From NCBI RefSeq assembly GCF_036321535.1, contig NC_087436.1, positions 53,198,001 through 53,262,000 on the forward strand: a stretch of DNA of 64,000 bases. Reading direction: 5' to 3'. This document shows positions 13,444 through 26,031 of this stretch, piece after piece. The DNA is from Camelus dromedarius. Lineage: Eukaryota. The notes beneath the pieces were generated by a model. That model had not been told where the DNA came from, did no database searches, and worked only from the letters and a program-made list of their open reading frames with translations. Numbering within the stretch: position 1 is the first letter of the stretch; every line of letters begins with the position of its first letter. The translations under genes and the position numbers were made by a program.

Positions 13444-15649
13444 GGATGTTTAATTTTATCAAAAGCTTTTTCTCATCTTTTGAGATAATCATATGGTTTT
13501 TATTCTTCAGTTTGTTACTGTGGTGTATCACATTGACTGATCTGTGCATACTGAAAAACCCTTGCATCCCTGGGATAAATCTCACTTGATCATGATGTAT
13601 GATCCTTTTAATGTATTGTTGGAGTCAGTTTGCTAGTATTTTGTCAAGGAGTTTTGCATCTATGTTCATTAGTGATACTGGCCTATAATTTTTTTGTGTG
13701 TATGAGTGATATCTTTGTTTAGCATTGCTATCAGGGTGAATGCTGACCTTACAGAACGAGATCAGACATGCTCCTTCCTCTGCAATTTTTTGGAATAGTT
13801 TCAGAAGGATGGGTGTTAACTTTTTTCTAAATATTTGGTAGAATTCACCTGTGAAGCCATCTGGTCCTGGACTTTTGTTTGTTTTGGGTTTTTAAACTAC
13901 TGATTCAATTTTATTACTAGTAATTGTTCTGTTCATATTTTCTATTCCTTCCTGGTTCAGTCTTGGGAGATTGTGCCTTCCTAAGAATTTGTCCATTTCT
14001 TCTAGGTTTTCCATTTTATTGCCATATAGTTGCTTGTAGTAGCCTCTTAGGATCCTTTGTATTTCTGTGGTGTTGGTTGTAACTTCTTTTTCATTTCTGA
14101 TTTTATTGATTTGGGCCCTCTCCCTTTTTTTCTTGATGCATCTGGCTAAAGTTTTGTTAATTTTGTTTATCTTATCAAAGAAACTAAAAACTAGTTCTTT
14201 TGACTTTTTAATGTTTTTAATCTCTGTTTTATTTATTTCTGCTTTGATATTTATGATTTCTTTCTTTCTGCTAACTTTGGGTTTTGTTTGTTCTTTGTCT
14301 AGCTGCTTTAGGTGTAAGGTTAGGTTGTTTATTTGAGATTGTTCTTTCCTGAGGTAAGCTCGCATTGCTGTAAACTTCCCTCTTAGAACTGCTTTTGCTG
14401 TATCCCATACATTTTGGATCATCGTGTTTTCACTTTTATTTGTCCCTAGGTATTTTTTTGATTTCCTCTTTGATTTCTTCAGTGAACTCTTGGTTGTTTA
14501 GTAGCATATCATTTAGCCTCCATGTGTTTGTGTTTTTTTGCAGTTTTTTTCTTGTAGGTGATTTCTAATTTCATAGAGTTGTGGATGGAAAAGATGCTTG
14601 ATATGGTTTCAGTTTTCCCATATATACTGGGAGTTGTTTTGTGGCCTGGCATGTGACCTATCCTGGAGAATGTTTCATGTGCACTTGAAAAGAATGTGTA
14701 TTCTGCTGCTTTAGGGTGGAATGCTCTATAAATATCAATTAAGTCCATTTGGTCTCTTGTATTAGTTAAGACCTATGTTTTCTTATTGATTTTGTTTAGA
14801 TGATCTGTCCATTTATGTAAGTAGAGTGGTAAAGGTCCCCACTATTTTGGTGTTACTGTCAAGGTGTTACTCCCTTTATGTCTGTTAATATTTGCTTTAT
14901 ATATTGAGGTACTCCTATATTGAGTGCATATATTTTTTAAATTGTTAAATCTTCTTCTTGAATTGATCCCACGATCACTATGTAGTGTTTCCTTCTTTGT
15001 CTCTTGTGTCAGTCTTTATTCTAAGGTCCATTGTGTGTTATATAAGTATTGCTAATCTGACTTTCTTTTGATTTTCATTCGCATGGAATACCTTTTTCGA
15101 TCCCCTCACTTTCAGTCTGTATGTGTTTCTAGATCTGAAGTGAGTTTCTTGTAAATGGCATTTGTATGGGCTTGTTTTTGTGTCCATTTAGTCAGACTGC
15201 TGATAAGACAGAGAAATAAGATCTTGTGTGGTTACTGTGTTTTATGCTAGCATTGTTTTTTCTGCCTTTTAAAATGTTTCACTAAAGGATCTGTGATTTC
15301 TAAACATTAATGTGTTCATTCTGATAATTTAGAAAGTCTGAATATCTAAAATCTTATCTAAGCCTGGGTTCCTCAGAAAGCAGAGTCTGAAACAAAGGCT
15401 TATACATGACTGCTTTTAGGGGGGCAGGCAATGTCAAAAAGGGTAAGGAACAAAGAAAATGAGGCAAAAAATGAAGGAAAGTCCATATGAGAAAGTATTA
15501 TCAAGTTAGCTGCTGTTTGGTTTCAAACCAGTTGACTGCTCAACCCTAAGTGATGAGATACTTTGGATAATATTACCATTTTATAAATGAGGATCCTGAG
15601 ACTTAGAAAGGTTGAGTTTTAAAAAACTCAAAGCCTAAATGTATGCTGT

Positions 15650-17330
15650 ATTTAAATAAACCTACTCAGCAATGTTTAAAAGAATAGCAAAAGGCCTATT
15701 AGGCTAATAATAAAAGAAAAAGAATACAGAAGTCACAATTTTAACATTGGATAAGGTTCAACACATTACAATAAAACAAGGAAAAGAACGCATGTTGTAA
15801 TGTTCAAGAATGCAATCCTTAGTGAAGATGTGATAGTTCCAAGTAGCATAGTATTCAAATTCATTGAGAAAAAACTTCAAGAATTGCAAGAAATAGTAAG
15901 CAATGCATTAGTATAAGGAGACTTTAATTCACGTTTCCCAACCCGTGACAGCTCGAGTGGACAAAACATAAATCTATGGGAGATGTAAATGCTGTAATAA
16001 GACAGATATAATTTCTATATATCCAGTTTTACAGGCTGAAAGCAGTTTTCTACTGCACAAGGAATGTTATTAAAATATTTATATATTAAATCACAAAGGA
16101 AGATAATTTTCAAAAGTAGAAGTAATCTAGGCAACTTCTCTGATAATGAATACATTAAAGTAGAAAATAAATTGTGGAACAGGAGGAAAGCCTTACCACC
16201 TAGAATCATAGAAAGTAGTGTTAGAGATAAAATTGGTGATGACTTAATCATAAAATTCTAAACTATATTTACACATCATTTCAAAATGCATGAATTAAAG
16301 TGGACAAAATTGCAAATACCACAAAACTACATCATCTGTTGTAATAATTGGGAAATTTTAATTGATAAATCAGGCATAAAGAGAAAAATTAGTGTATATA
16401 AGATTTGAACAGCAGTAATTAACAAACTTTGTTTAATGGATATATGTACACCTGTGTGCCCAGCGATTTTAAAATTTACATTATTTTCAAGTCATATGGA
16501 ACATTTATGAAATTGACCATATACTAAGCCTCAAGGCTATCCACAAGAAAGTCAAAGGATTGATAATTGTTTCAGATCATACGATTTGACCACAATGCAA
16601 TTGAATTATAAATCATTTAAAAATATAACAATTTTGGGAAACATCATATGTTTGGGAACTTTTTTGAAGAGGCTCATCTAAAAAACTTTTGAGCCACAGA
16701 AGAAAACAAAAATTAGAAAATATTTAAAATTTAATGAAACATTATGTATTAAAGCTTGTGGAATGTAGCTAAAGCAATTTAGAGGAAAGTTTATAGCCCA
16801 TTTCTTAAGTTAGAAAAAGAAGAAAGACTAGCATTATTGAGCTATGCACTTCCAAGTTGAAAGAGGGAAATAAAGATAAAAGCAGCAATAATTAAAAGTA
16901 AAACACAGTAAAGAGGCTCAAGGCAAAAACTGACTCTTTGAAAAGACTAATAAAATAGTCCTTTAAACAACGGAAGAGTTTAAGAAGTAGCAAGAGAAGA
17001 CATATAGAAGTGAATAATGGAGATATTAAAGTGTAAATAAATGGATATTACAAAATACTTTGTGTCAACATATTTGAAAGTTTATGTAAAATGAATTATA
17101 AAAATAAAAATTACCAATAAATAACTCAAAAATATTTAATACCCCAAAGAATTTTATAATTTCAAGTAACTTGATTTAGTATATTAGAATCCAAGACTAA
17201 ATGTTTTATGGACATATCTGTGAGACATACTGAACGCAAATAAATCATTTTACACAGCTCTTTGTAGAGAATTAAAAATAAGGGAACACTCCTTTTATGA
17301 AGCTTGTTAACTGTGCTGTTCAAGCCATAT
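15650..17330 (+). mobile_element. Ancient, highly diverged LINE-1 ORF2 fragments (resuming at about 21750-22360)
   Basis: A-rich sequence with recognisable L1 motifs (ggagactttaa; tgaccacaatgcaattgaatta; ttgtggaatgtagctaaagca; ctttgaaaagactaataaaat). Confidence 0.7.
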
Positions 17331-17344
17331 ATTTTCCAATTCAG

Positions 17345-18410
17345 ATTTTTTTATTATTATAATAAACACATAACATTGAATTTACCATCTTAATTATTTT
17401 TGGGTGTACAGTTCAGTAGTGCTAAATATATTCACATTGTTGGGGAACAGACAGCTAGAACATATTCGTCATGCAACACTGAAACTCTACATGCATTAAA
17501 TACAATTTCCCTTCCTCCTTCCCTCCAGTCCTTGGTAACCACCTTTCTACTTTCTATCATTTTGACTGCTTTAGGTACTTCATGGGGTAGAATCATACAG
17601 TATTGTCCTTTTGTGACTGCCTTACTTTGCTTGGCATAATGTCCTCAAGGTTCATGTAAGTTGCAGCATGGGACAGGATTTTCCTCTTTTAGGCTGCACA
17701 ATATTCCAGTGTATGTATATATTACATTTTCTTTATTATTCATCTGTTCATGGACATTTGGATGGCTTCCACCTCTTGGCTATTTTCACTAATGCTGTGA
17801 TGAACATGTGTGTGTAATTATCTCTTTGAAATCGTGCTTTCAGTTCTTTTAGATATATGCCCAGAAGTGGGATTAGTGAATCATATGTTAATTCTTTTTA
17901 AATTTTTGAGGAACCTCTATACTGTTTTACATAATGGACGTACCATTTTACATCCCCACCAACAATGCAAAACAGTTCCAATTTCTCCCTATCTCACCAA
18001 AACTTATTTTCTGTTGTTTTGATAGTGACCATCCCGATGATGTAAAGTGATAGCTCAATGTGATCATGCAATCAAAAGATTGCATTTCTCTGATTAGTGA
18101 TGCTGAACATCTTTTCATGTGCTTACTGGCTATTTAAATATCTTATTGGAGAAAAGTCTTAAGTTTTTTGCTCATTTTTAAATTGGGGGTTTTTTTGGCA
18201 TTGAGTTGTAGAAATTCCTTACATATTCTAGATATTAATCCCTTGTCAAATGTATGATTTGCAAATATTTTCTCCCATTCCATAGGTTGCCTTTTTTCTT
18301 CTGACACAAAGTTTTAAAGTTTGATGGTGTTTCATTTATCTTTAATTTTGTTGCCTGTGTTTTTGGTGTCATATCCAAGAAATCACTGTCCAATTCAATG
18401 TCTTGAAGTT
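17345..18410 (-). mobile_element. LINE-1 3' end (L1MA/MB-like), interrupted by the ERV cluster; a further piece at about 21545-21745
   Basis: 3'UTR motifs (ggacatttggatggcttccacc; catccccaccaacaatg) and ORF2-end peptide WNGRKYLQII. Confidence 0.8.
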
Positions 18411-20143
18411 TGTGAAATAAAATCACATTTTATGGCGAGATAATAAGAACTTAAACATTAAAAAATTCTTCTCTGCCCTTTGGCCTCCTCTCGCCTCCCA
18501 CTGTGCACTGTGTATCTGCATTATGCATCAACCAAACCTCCCCTATCAGTGGAAATTCCCCACTCAGCCATGAAGAGCAACTTCTCCTAAGACAACTTCT
18601 TTAAGATAACATTCCTTCTTGACCTCATAAGGGGTCACATAGCACTTAGATCTGGATTATGTAAACTGTCAACAAAAACTGTAAACTGCCTCAAAAAACA
18701 TAACAGTGCCTTGACCTCTAACAGGTGGAAAAGTTCTGAGAGCTTTCTGAGATGCCCTTCTCAGGTAATAATCTTTAATTTTGGCTTGAATAAAGTTTTC
18801 CATTTCTTTCTTATATCAACTGATTAATTTTTCATTGACATATACTTGGCATAATCAGCAGGATATCAGAGACACCAGCCCGAGGACACCTGGAGTCTAC
18901 CCAGAACCAGTGCTTGGTACCAGCATGGGCCCACTGAGCCCCACCGGCTTCTCTGTACTCCTCAGGTGTTCGGGTGAGTTCTCCTGATAATTCAGATCTC
19001 ATTATTTGGGAGATGATCCTAAAAATTTTATTTGAGATGGTTTTCACTTAAGACTTGGACTCTTAAGGGGCACCAGTTCATTTCCAAGGCCAGGACCTAG
19101 GAGGGTCTGGCCAAGAGGCCCGGGGAAACATAGGTGGCTGGGTTTTTGTTAAATTTTGCTTAAATTGGAAAAAAAAAATGAGTTGATGAATGGTCTGAAC
19201 AAAACTTTTGCTGGTGAAATAAGAGACTGAATTATTCAGCTCCAAAGAATAAAGGGGCATTTTGCTCCTTCCAGCCACAAGCCATCCTCAGGTGAGTGAG
19301 GACCTCCTAGAAGTGTCTGAGGATCAATCCTCATGATGTGCTTCACTATGAACATTAAGTAAACACTGTTCATCTAGGGGGCGCAACACAGGCTGATCAC
19401 CTAGTGCTTTGAACACCCGTGACAGTGGTTTTAGGTTGTCACAGGGAGAAACTGAGCCATGTAAAAGTTGAATTGACCCAAGGGTAGCTCCTTGGGAAGC
19501 TAGATTCAGAAGCAGCACAAGTGCAGTCTGCCACACTGTCCACAAAAAGTTGTTCAGATCACATCTCGTAATTCATATCTGAATTAGGCTGTGAAATTAA
19601 TCCTGGGAAATTGTGCCTCAAAGGCCAAATAGCTCCCATGCAAACCAGCTACCTATGGGAATACCAGCTGGGTTTATGTTATGCTTGCAAGTACTTAATT
19701 GGAAACTAATGAAATCGGGCCCTGAAATGGCCAAGTGGTTCTTTTGACACTACAAAATAATTTTGAGCACACAGTTAAAGCTGGTAGTCTTCTGGATCTG
19801 TGCCTGCAGGGTCTACTGGAAACAATGGTAAGTGTTTTTCTCTTTTCTAAATTAGATTAGCAGGGAAAAATATTTGTTGGGCTAGCTCCATGGATTCTTT
19901 GAATTAGGGAAACAGCTAAATTGTTAAAATTTTAAAGTTCTCATCTGAAACTGTTGCATCTCTTTTAACTGGTATGCAGAAGCCCCAGAAGGCTTCAGAA
20001 CTTCCAAAATAGCCTCAATGAATGGTTTGTTGTAGAAGGCTAATGAAAGTAATGATATAAAAGGTACCGAAAATTTTAATTACTGCTCCCCTCTATCCTT
20101 TGAGTACTCATTCTAGTAATCTTCTGAGTTAGAAATGGAACCG
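18411..20143 (+). mobile_element. ERV1-like element: 5' LTR (18411-18840) + PBS + leader/internal remnant
   Basis: TG...CA LTR with AATAAA near its end. PBS tggcataatcagcaggat at 18847-18864 resembles the complement of the tRNA-Ser 3' end. Confidence 0.75.
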
Positions 20144-20709
20144 TGTGAGGCCGTAATTATTAGCGAATAGAGAGACCCCTAAATTAGGAGTCCCTCCAAA
20201 GTGTGGATCCTTGCTACTGGCTATCAAAAGATTTCTCAGCAGAGGCAGAGGGACAAAGTGAAAAAGCTGCACTATTTCTCAAAAGAGGAAAAGGAAGGAC
20301 AGTGCTTGAGCTGGGAGAAGAAAAGCCCCTCAAGCTGAGAAAGGAAGCATTCAAGCAAGGACCTATTTGGCTGGTAGAGACAGCTTCCACCCAGGTTGGG
20401 CCACACAGACCTGTATGGGAGGCTTTCTTTACCATCCTTTGTAGAGGCTTTTCTGGTTGTTGTCATGGCAATTGTCAACTGTCATGGCACTGGTGGGTGT
20501 GTCTTTTAGCATGCTAATACATTACAATGAGTGTGTAATGAGGCTTAAGGGCCACTGGAAGTCAAATCCTCCACGTCTTGGGCTTTGCAGGTTCTAACCA
20601 GTTCTTGTCTTCTCTTTGCAGCTGCCTCCTGAGACTTAGGTAAGAATAATTGGTTTCTATTCAAGGAAGGGGCAGGAGTATGATCCTGGGGACAATAGCC
20701 TTGGTAACA
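20144..20709 (-). mobile_element. ERV1 LTR (MER41/MER4-group-like)
   Basis: TG..CA termini. Reverse complement contains gcatgctaaaagacacacccaccagtgccatgacagttgacaattgccatgacaac, typical of this LTR group. Confidence 0.65.
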
Positions 20710-21530
20710 AAAAGGAAAGTTGCCTTTAATCAGAGTGCCAGCAATCTAGTGGACCCAGTGTTCCCCCAAAAGATGGTTCCCCCCAACCATCTCTGAAGAT
20801 TCTGCTCAGCCTTAATCAAGAGGCAGGGGTTGGAGGGCCTCAGTTCCTGCAGAAGAACTTAAATATTATTATGTCTATTTCTTGAGGAGGAAAAAGGACC
20901 CTACTCCAAAGCTGCACTATTATTTCCTGAATGCTCCTCCCTTGTTTCTGCATTCCCTCCCTTCCTTGATTAGCAACTGTTTGAATCTGCTGTTTGGAAC
21001 TCAGAGAAGGTCAAGGAGGCTGAATGAAGCCTGCTTCCTACAACAAGAAATGGGGGACATGGAACCATTCATACCAGGGAGGACCCTACAGGATCCTGCT
21101 CAGTATCAATCCTCCCCCCCCCTTTCTTTTTTTTGATACGCCTCAATCTTGAGGAGAACAGGTGTTGGACAAGAAAAGGAATAATGTTTTGGATAGAGGT
21201 TAATCATAAACTTGGCAGAGGAACTCAGTTTTAGGGGGACTCAGTTTCAAACACGCCTTTTCTTTGATCCTTCCCCAGATGTTTCAGGGAGTGGAGTAGT
21301 GACTGCTCTGGGTGCTTCCTGCTGAAATGGGGCATAGGCCTGCCTCAATCTGGGGAATGACACAGAGTTGGAGATACTCCAAAGTTCTAAGTCCTGGATC
21401 CGAGTCTAGCATGATTAAAATCTCAACCCCTTGGTCTACCAATTTGGTGCAACAGACCCGATTAGAAGTCATTGGTGAAGTGGCGACCCATATTTTGTTA
21501 GTCCTTACTTCTTGGTTTTTCACTGGAGAT
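20710..21530 (-). mobile_element. ERV1 3' end: env tail remnant, polypurine tract and 3' LTR
   Basis: Reverse complement reads aaaaaaagaaagggggggggaggat (PPT, 21108-21134) then tgatactgagcagg (LTR start at 21107). Env-end-like cagcaggaagcacccagag upstream. Confidence 0.7.
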
Positions 21531-22608
21531 TAAGGTTTTAAGGTGAAGAATTATAAGGGAAACATTTTCTTCTCTTCCTTGTTTGTTGAGTGTTTTTATC
21601 ATGAAGGGGTGCTGAATTTCATTAGATGCTCTTTCTGCATTAATTGAAATAATGGTGTGATTTTTGTCCTTCATTTTATTAATGTGGTGTATTACATTGA
21701 GTTTCTTATATTGAACCATCATTACATTCTAGGTATAAATCTCACCTTAAAAACTTATGCTAATAAATGAGAACGACTGAATATAACTATACTAAAAACA
21801 ATCAACTCAGGACATTAGAACAATAATAAGCCCAAAGAAACTAAAAGAAATGAAGAGTAAAAGGAGATATTAATGAATTAAAAAACAGTAATATTGTACA
21901 ACATAGCACTAAACCCAAGATCTCATTTTCTGAAAGTGATAGTAAAATGTAAAATGCCATTAGCTAATTGAGCCAAAAATTATAATACCTAAAAGTGAGA
22001 TTGCAGAATAAACATAATGAGGAATTTTAGAGAATTATGAGACAGATTTGTCTTAACACAATGAAAATAAATTTAGAACTCTGGATGGAATGATTAATTT
22101 TCTAAGAAAATAAAAATCTCCAAAATCGATTCTCCAAAATACAGAAAATATAAACTGACCAGTTATCATAGAAGAAATAAAATTCTCAAACGACTACCAC
22201 CCTTGAAACACCAGACCTACATGGGCATCTGATAGGTGAATTTTATTAAGTTTTCAAGGAAAAGGAGTCTACAATGCTGTTGCAGCGTCTCCCTGACAGG
22301 AAAAAGATAGGGAGAAAGATTTGATGTGAATTTTATGAAGTGAGCATGGTCTTGATACATATCAGTAGTGCCTAGTGGTTAAGCAAATAGATTCCAGCTA
22401 CACTTTAAACCAGTCACTAAACTTCTGTGTCAGTCAGCTTCCACCAAAATCCAGTTTTCCTTTCCATAGACTATAGTTGTGGCCACAATATGATTCCTAC
22501 TTAATAATTTTATCAGCCCCCTTTCAGCTAGGCTAGTTCTCAACCATGGAATGTGACTAGAAGTGATATTTCCCATTTCAGGGCCATTTTAAGCAGATGT
22601 ACCCCCCT

Positions 22609-23079
22609 TGTGGAAGGCAGAAGAATGTCCCCTCAAAGATCCTAATCCCTGGAATCTGTAATGTTACATGGTAAAGGGAAATTAAATTGCTAATCGTTGG
22701 ACCTTAAGATAATCTTTGATAACCTAAACAGCAGACAGGCCCATTGTAATCACTGGGTCCTTAATATTGGAAGAGGGGGACAGAAGAGTCAGCGTAAGTG
22801 ATGTGATGTGAGGAAAACTCAACTAGCCATTGCTGGCTTTAAAGATAGAAGGGAGTCATGAGCCAAGAAGTGAGGGTAAACTCTAGAAGTTGGAAAAGGC
22901 AAGGAAACAGATTCTCCCCTAAACCCTCCAAAAGGAAGGCAGCCCTGCCACCACCTTGATTTTAGCCCAATGAGATCCATTTCAGACCTTGGCCCCAGAA
23001 TTGTAAGAGTTTAAATTTGTGTTGGTTTAAGCCACTAAGTTTGTGGCAATTTATTACAGCAGCTGTAGGAAGTTAAAAC
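22609..23079 (+). mobile_element. MLT1 (MLT1D-like) LTR nested in an older MLT1 (about 22470-23290)
   Basis: tgtggaaggcagaagaatg...gaaaaggcaaggaaacagattctcccct...ttaagccactaagtttgtggcaattt. Confidence 0.8.
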
Positions 23080-24030
23080 TTTCTACCACTCTGTCCTTTT
23101 GCCAGCATGATGAAGTTGCTAATGAAACCATAGGTGATGGTTGAACCACAAGATGGAAGGATCCTGGGCCTCTGAATCACCAGGTAAAATGAAGTCATCT
23201 GCTGATTGAAAATACACACTTTTGACTCTTACATGAGAAATAAACCTCTGTTGTATTTGAATGATGATATCTGTTACAACTGTTTTGTCTCATCCCAATG
23301 AGTACAACTCTCTGTGCCTCAGTTTTCTTATTTTAGAAAAAAGTGAGGATAACTCAAATTGTTACTGTGAAGATTAAATAAGTTACTATATCTAAAGTAT
23401 TTAGAATGACTCCTGACACACAGTGTGGTATAAATGTTATCATCAAGATCGTATGTGATCATATGCATACACACATGTACACACAAAATGTATCTTTTGA
23501 CCATCAGTGCAAAAATATTCTAAATAAAAGATTGGCTAATTGGTGGATAAATTCGGCAATACACTGAAAGAATAATAGTATGGCCCAAGAGTGGTTTATT
23601 CAAAATACAGAAGTTCAATATTAGGAAGTGTGTTAACATCATTTCACAATGAGCAGTGAATGGAAACTGGCTTCTTTCTGGCTCATAAGTTAGGAATCAT
23701 TTTTATATCTCTTCTTTTTGGGGAGAGGTGAGAATTCTTCTAATAGTCCAACAACATTGAAAAACTGTAGATTGCAGAAAGTAGCTCAGATGTTAAAATT
23801 CTGTTTGTTTATTGTTGTTGTTGTTTATTTTCTATTAGAGTTTGGGGTAGGTGTTGAATTAAAACTGCCTAATTCTGATTATGGATGATTTTTCTAGTAT
23901 CAGAGCCTAATGCTTACATACTAATATTAATAGTGCAAGACTAGTGCAAAATGTAGTATGTAAATAAACATACTTCTTTTTACACATAGCCTTAAATTAA
24001 TCACAAATAGAAATGTTGTCTCCATTAATT

Positions 24031-24036
24031 TTTATT
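24031..24036 (-). terminator. Candidate C4orf17 polyadenylation signal AATAAA (ATTAAA also at 24121-24126)
   Basis: tttatt on + strand, about 150 nt past the stop codon. Confidence 0.4.
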
Positions 24037-24188
24037 TAGTAGCATTATATACAGGCACTTTGAAATTTACATGTGCCACAAAATCAAGGAGCTATTGATT
24101 CCTCCATTCTAAAAAGATTTTTTAATAATTTGATGTTGCAACAAAGTGAAACTCATATTTGTGAAAGAATTAGCTCAGTCTAGAATTT

Positions 24189-24391
24189 CTACCTTTGGTG
24201 TGTTACAGGATAAAATGCTCTTTGGGGAGAGAGACTGTATCCTTGTTGTATATTCCTTGCTGACATTGCTTTCGTTGACATGCTCTCCTGAGTTTTAGGC
24301 CTGGGAGGAGACTTTGGTTTGCTGAAATATTCTGCAACTGGTATTTTCATTTTATTTCTTCTTATAAACAATGGAGGGTTGTGCTCAGCCT
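24189..24391 (-). CDS. C4orf17: C4orf17 orthologue, coding exon 8 (last): [26 protein letters not shown]...YPVTHQR*
   Basis: tttcag acceptor, 203 bp, TAG stop. Matches recalled human C4orf17 C-terminus ([12 protein letters not shown]). Confidence 0.92.
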
Positions 24392-25879
24392 CTGAAATAG
24401 AAACAATCTTAGTAAGACCATAGTTGAGACATCAAATATAGTAGCTCCTGCCATGTTTTAGCAGCAAATGACATACAAATAAGTCTATGAAGTTTAGGTG
24501 AATCAGATGCACCAAAAATTTGTAAAATAATTTATTCTCATCTTTCTTTCTATCTGCTCATCTCTAATGAATTATTTATTCTGTAACATGCAGGATATGC
24601 TCTTTTAATCTTAGAATGAAATATAATTTTGGAAGGAATGATTTAGAACTGGTGGTGGACAAAGGTGGTGGGTCATTCAGAGAAAGGAGAAGGACCTATG
24701 GTCCTGATACATAAAAAAGAAAGTAGACAAGAGGTTAAAACAGCTGTACTCATAAGACCTTCCCAAGGCCTGCATGGTTACACCCAATCAGAAATAAGGA
24801 TTTGGGGTGATGCGGATACAACACTGGAGACAAAGGGGTATGATTTGGGGATTTTTATACAAATATCTAGGCCGGATAAAATATATTTGAGGCCTATGGG
24901 TAAGACATAAACTTGAGTAATAGAAGCAATCACTGTCATGATTTTATGGCGTGAGGGTGAAGCGTTTGTTAGGAGACGTCAGATACACTAGACCATGCTT
25001 GGGGTGTCCGAGTAAGGGAGTATTTTCTAACTTCTAAACTGTACTTATTTCAGAGCTAGAGATAGGCAGGTAGAGGCTCTTTCAGGTTTGGTTAACCCCA
25101 GCGGAAACTGCTGGGGTCTAGAGTGACCTCAAGGAACTCTGATTGATTGCTGTATCTATCATTCCTGGTATAAGGGGAACCTGTAGAAATGGTGACAGAG
25201 ACTTCCATTCGAGGCTTGTAGGCATACTTCATAGTTGTTGCTCTGTAGCCATTGTTGCTATGTTTGTTTTAAAGTAAGGAGCTGCCAAACCCACAGGGGT
25301 GTTTCAGTTGGACTATTCTGGACCAAACTAGGACTTGCCACAATTCTTGATGTTTCTTGGTCCAAATTGCAGGCTGGGGCTGGACTTCTGATGGGGACAC
25401 AAACTGCTATTTACTCTGTTGTATCTCAGCTGTGTCACGAGCGTCTGCTTATAGATGATTATCAAAATTTTACTGTTTTTTTTTCTGGTTGACTTTGTTT
25501 CAAGTGAAAATCATTTAGCTTAATGACAGTTAAGTTGCAAAGAACCAAAACTCTGAAATCACTGTCCTTTTGTTAAGTCCATGGAGGGCTTCCCCTGTCA
25601 CTGGATTGGCATGACCAAACCTAGGGCTCCTGCTGTCCTGCTGTCTTGCCCTCAAAGGGAGGGATTAGGCACTTCACCTTTCAGAACAAAGTCAGTTTCT
25701 GGGCAGGTTTATCTCTGTGAGAAACTCGGCAGATGCTGTCCCTTAAGGGTAGCTGGAAATTAGTGTGATATATATACCGCCTTTAAAACCATAGATCCTT
25801 AACCTCTGTATCTCTGACTAGTTAGATACGTACTGATTTCCTTATACCAACTCAGTAATTATCACAAACTGTACTTAAC

Positions 25880-25923
25880 CTTTTGGTATTTCCTTATTTC
25901 CTTCAGATCCTTGGCTTGCCACT
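25880..25923 (-). CDS. C4orf17: C4orf17 coding exon 7 (RVASQGSEGNKEIPK)
   Basis: atttag acceptor, G|gttaag donor, 44 bp phase 2-1, bridges the neighbours in frame. Confidence 0.88.
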
Positions 25924-26007
25924 CTAAATCAATTGGAGAAAGAGAAAATGAAATTCACAGGTACAAACAAGTATTTTCTATAGACTGCACTCTCAGCAAT
26001 AAGCTAA

Positions 26008-26031
26008 GTGTGTGTGTGTGTGTGTGTGTGT
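26008..26031. repeat. (GT)12 microsatellite
   Basis: Seen directly. Confidence 0.95.

Larger units (their letters stand above)
11340..15195 (-). mobile_element. LINE-1, 5'-truncated ORF2 + 3'UTR (artiodactyl-type), degenerate, with an internal deletion near 12560 and two nested inserts
   Basis: - strand ORF fragments match L1 ORF2 ([58 protein letters not shown]). T-rich tail at about 11340. Confidence 0.93.

Noticed and set aside
13892..14422. 176-aa ORF and neighbouring - strand ORFs
   Set aside because: Frameshifted L1 ORF2 remnants, not a host gene.
24640..25500. Compositionally distinct block in the last C4orf17 intron, possibly pseudogene or ERV-internal
   Set aside because: No identifiable motif, termini or peptide. 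Cannot support a call.
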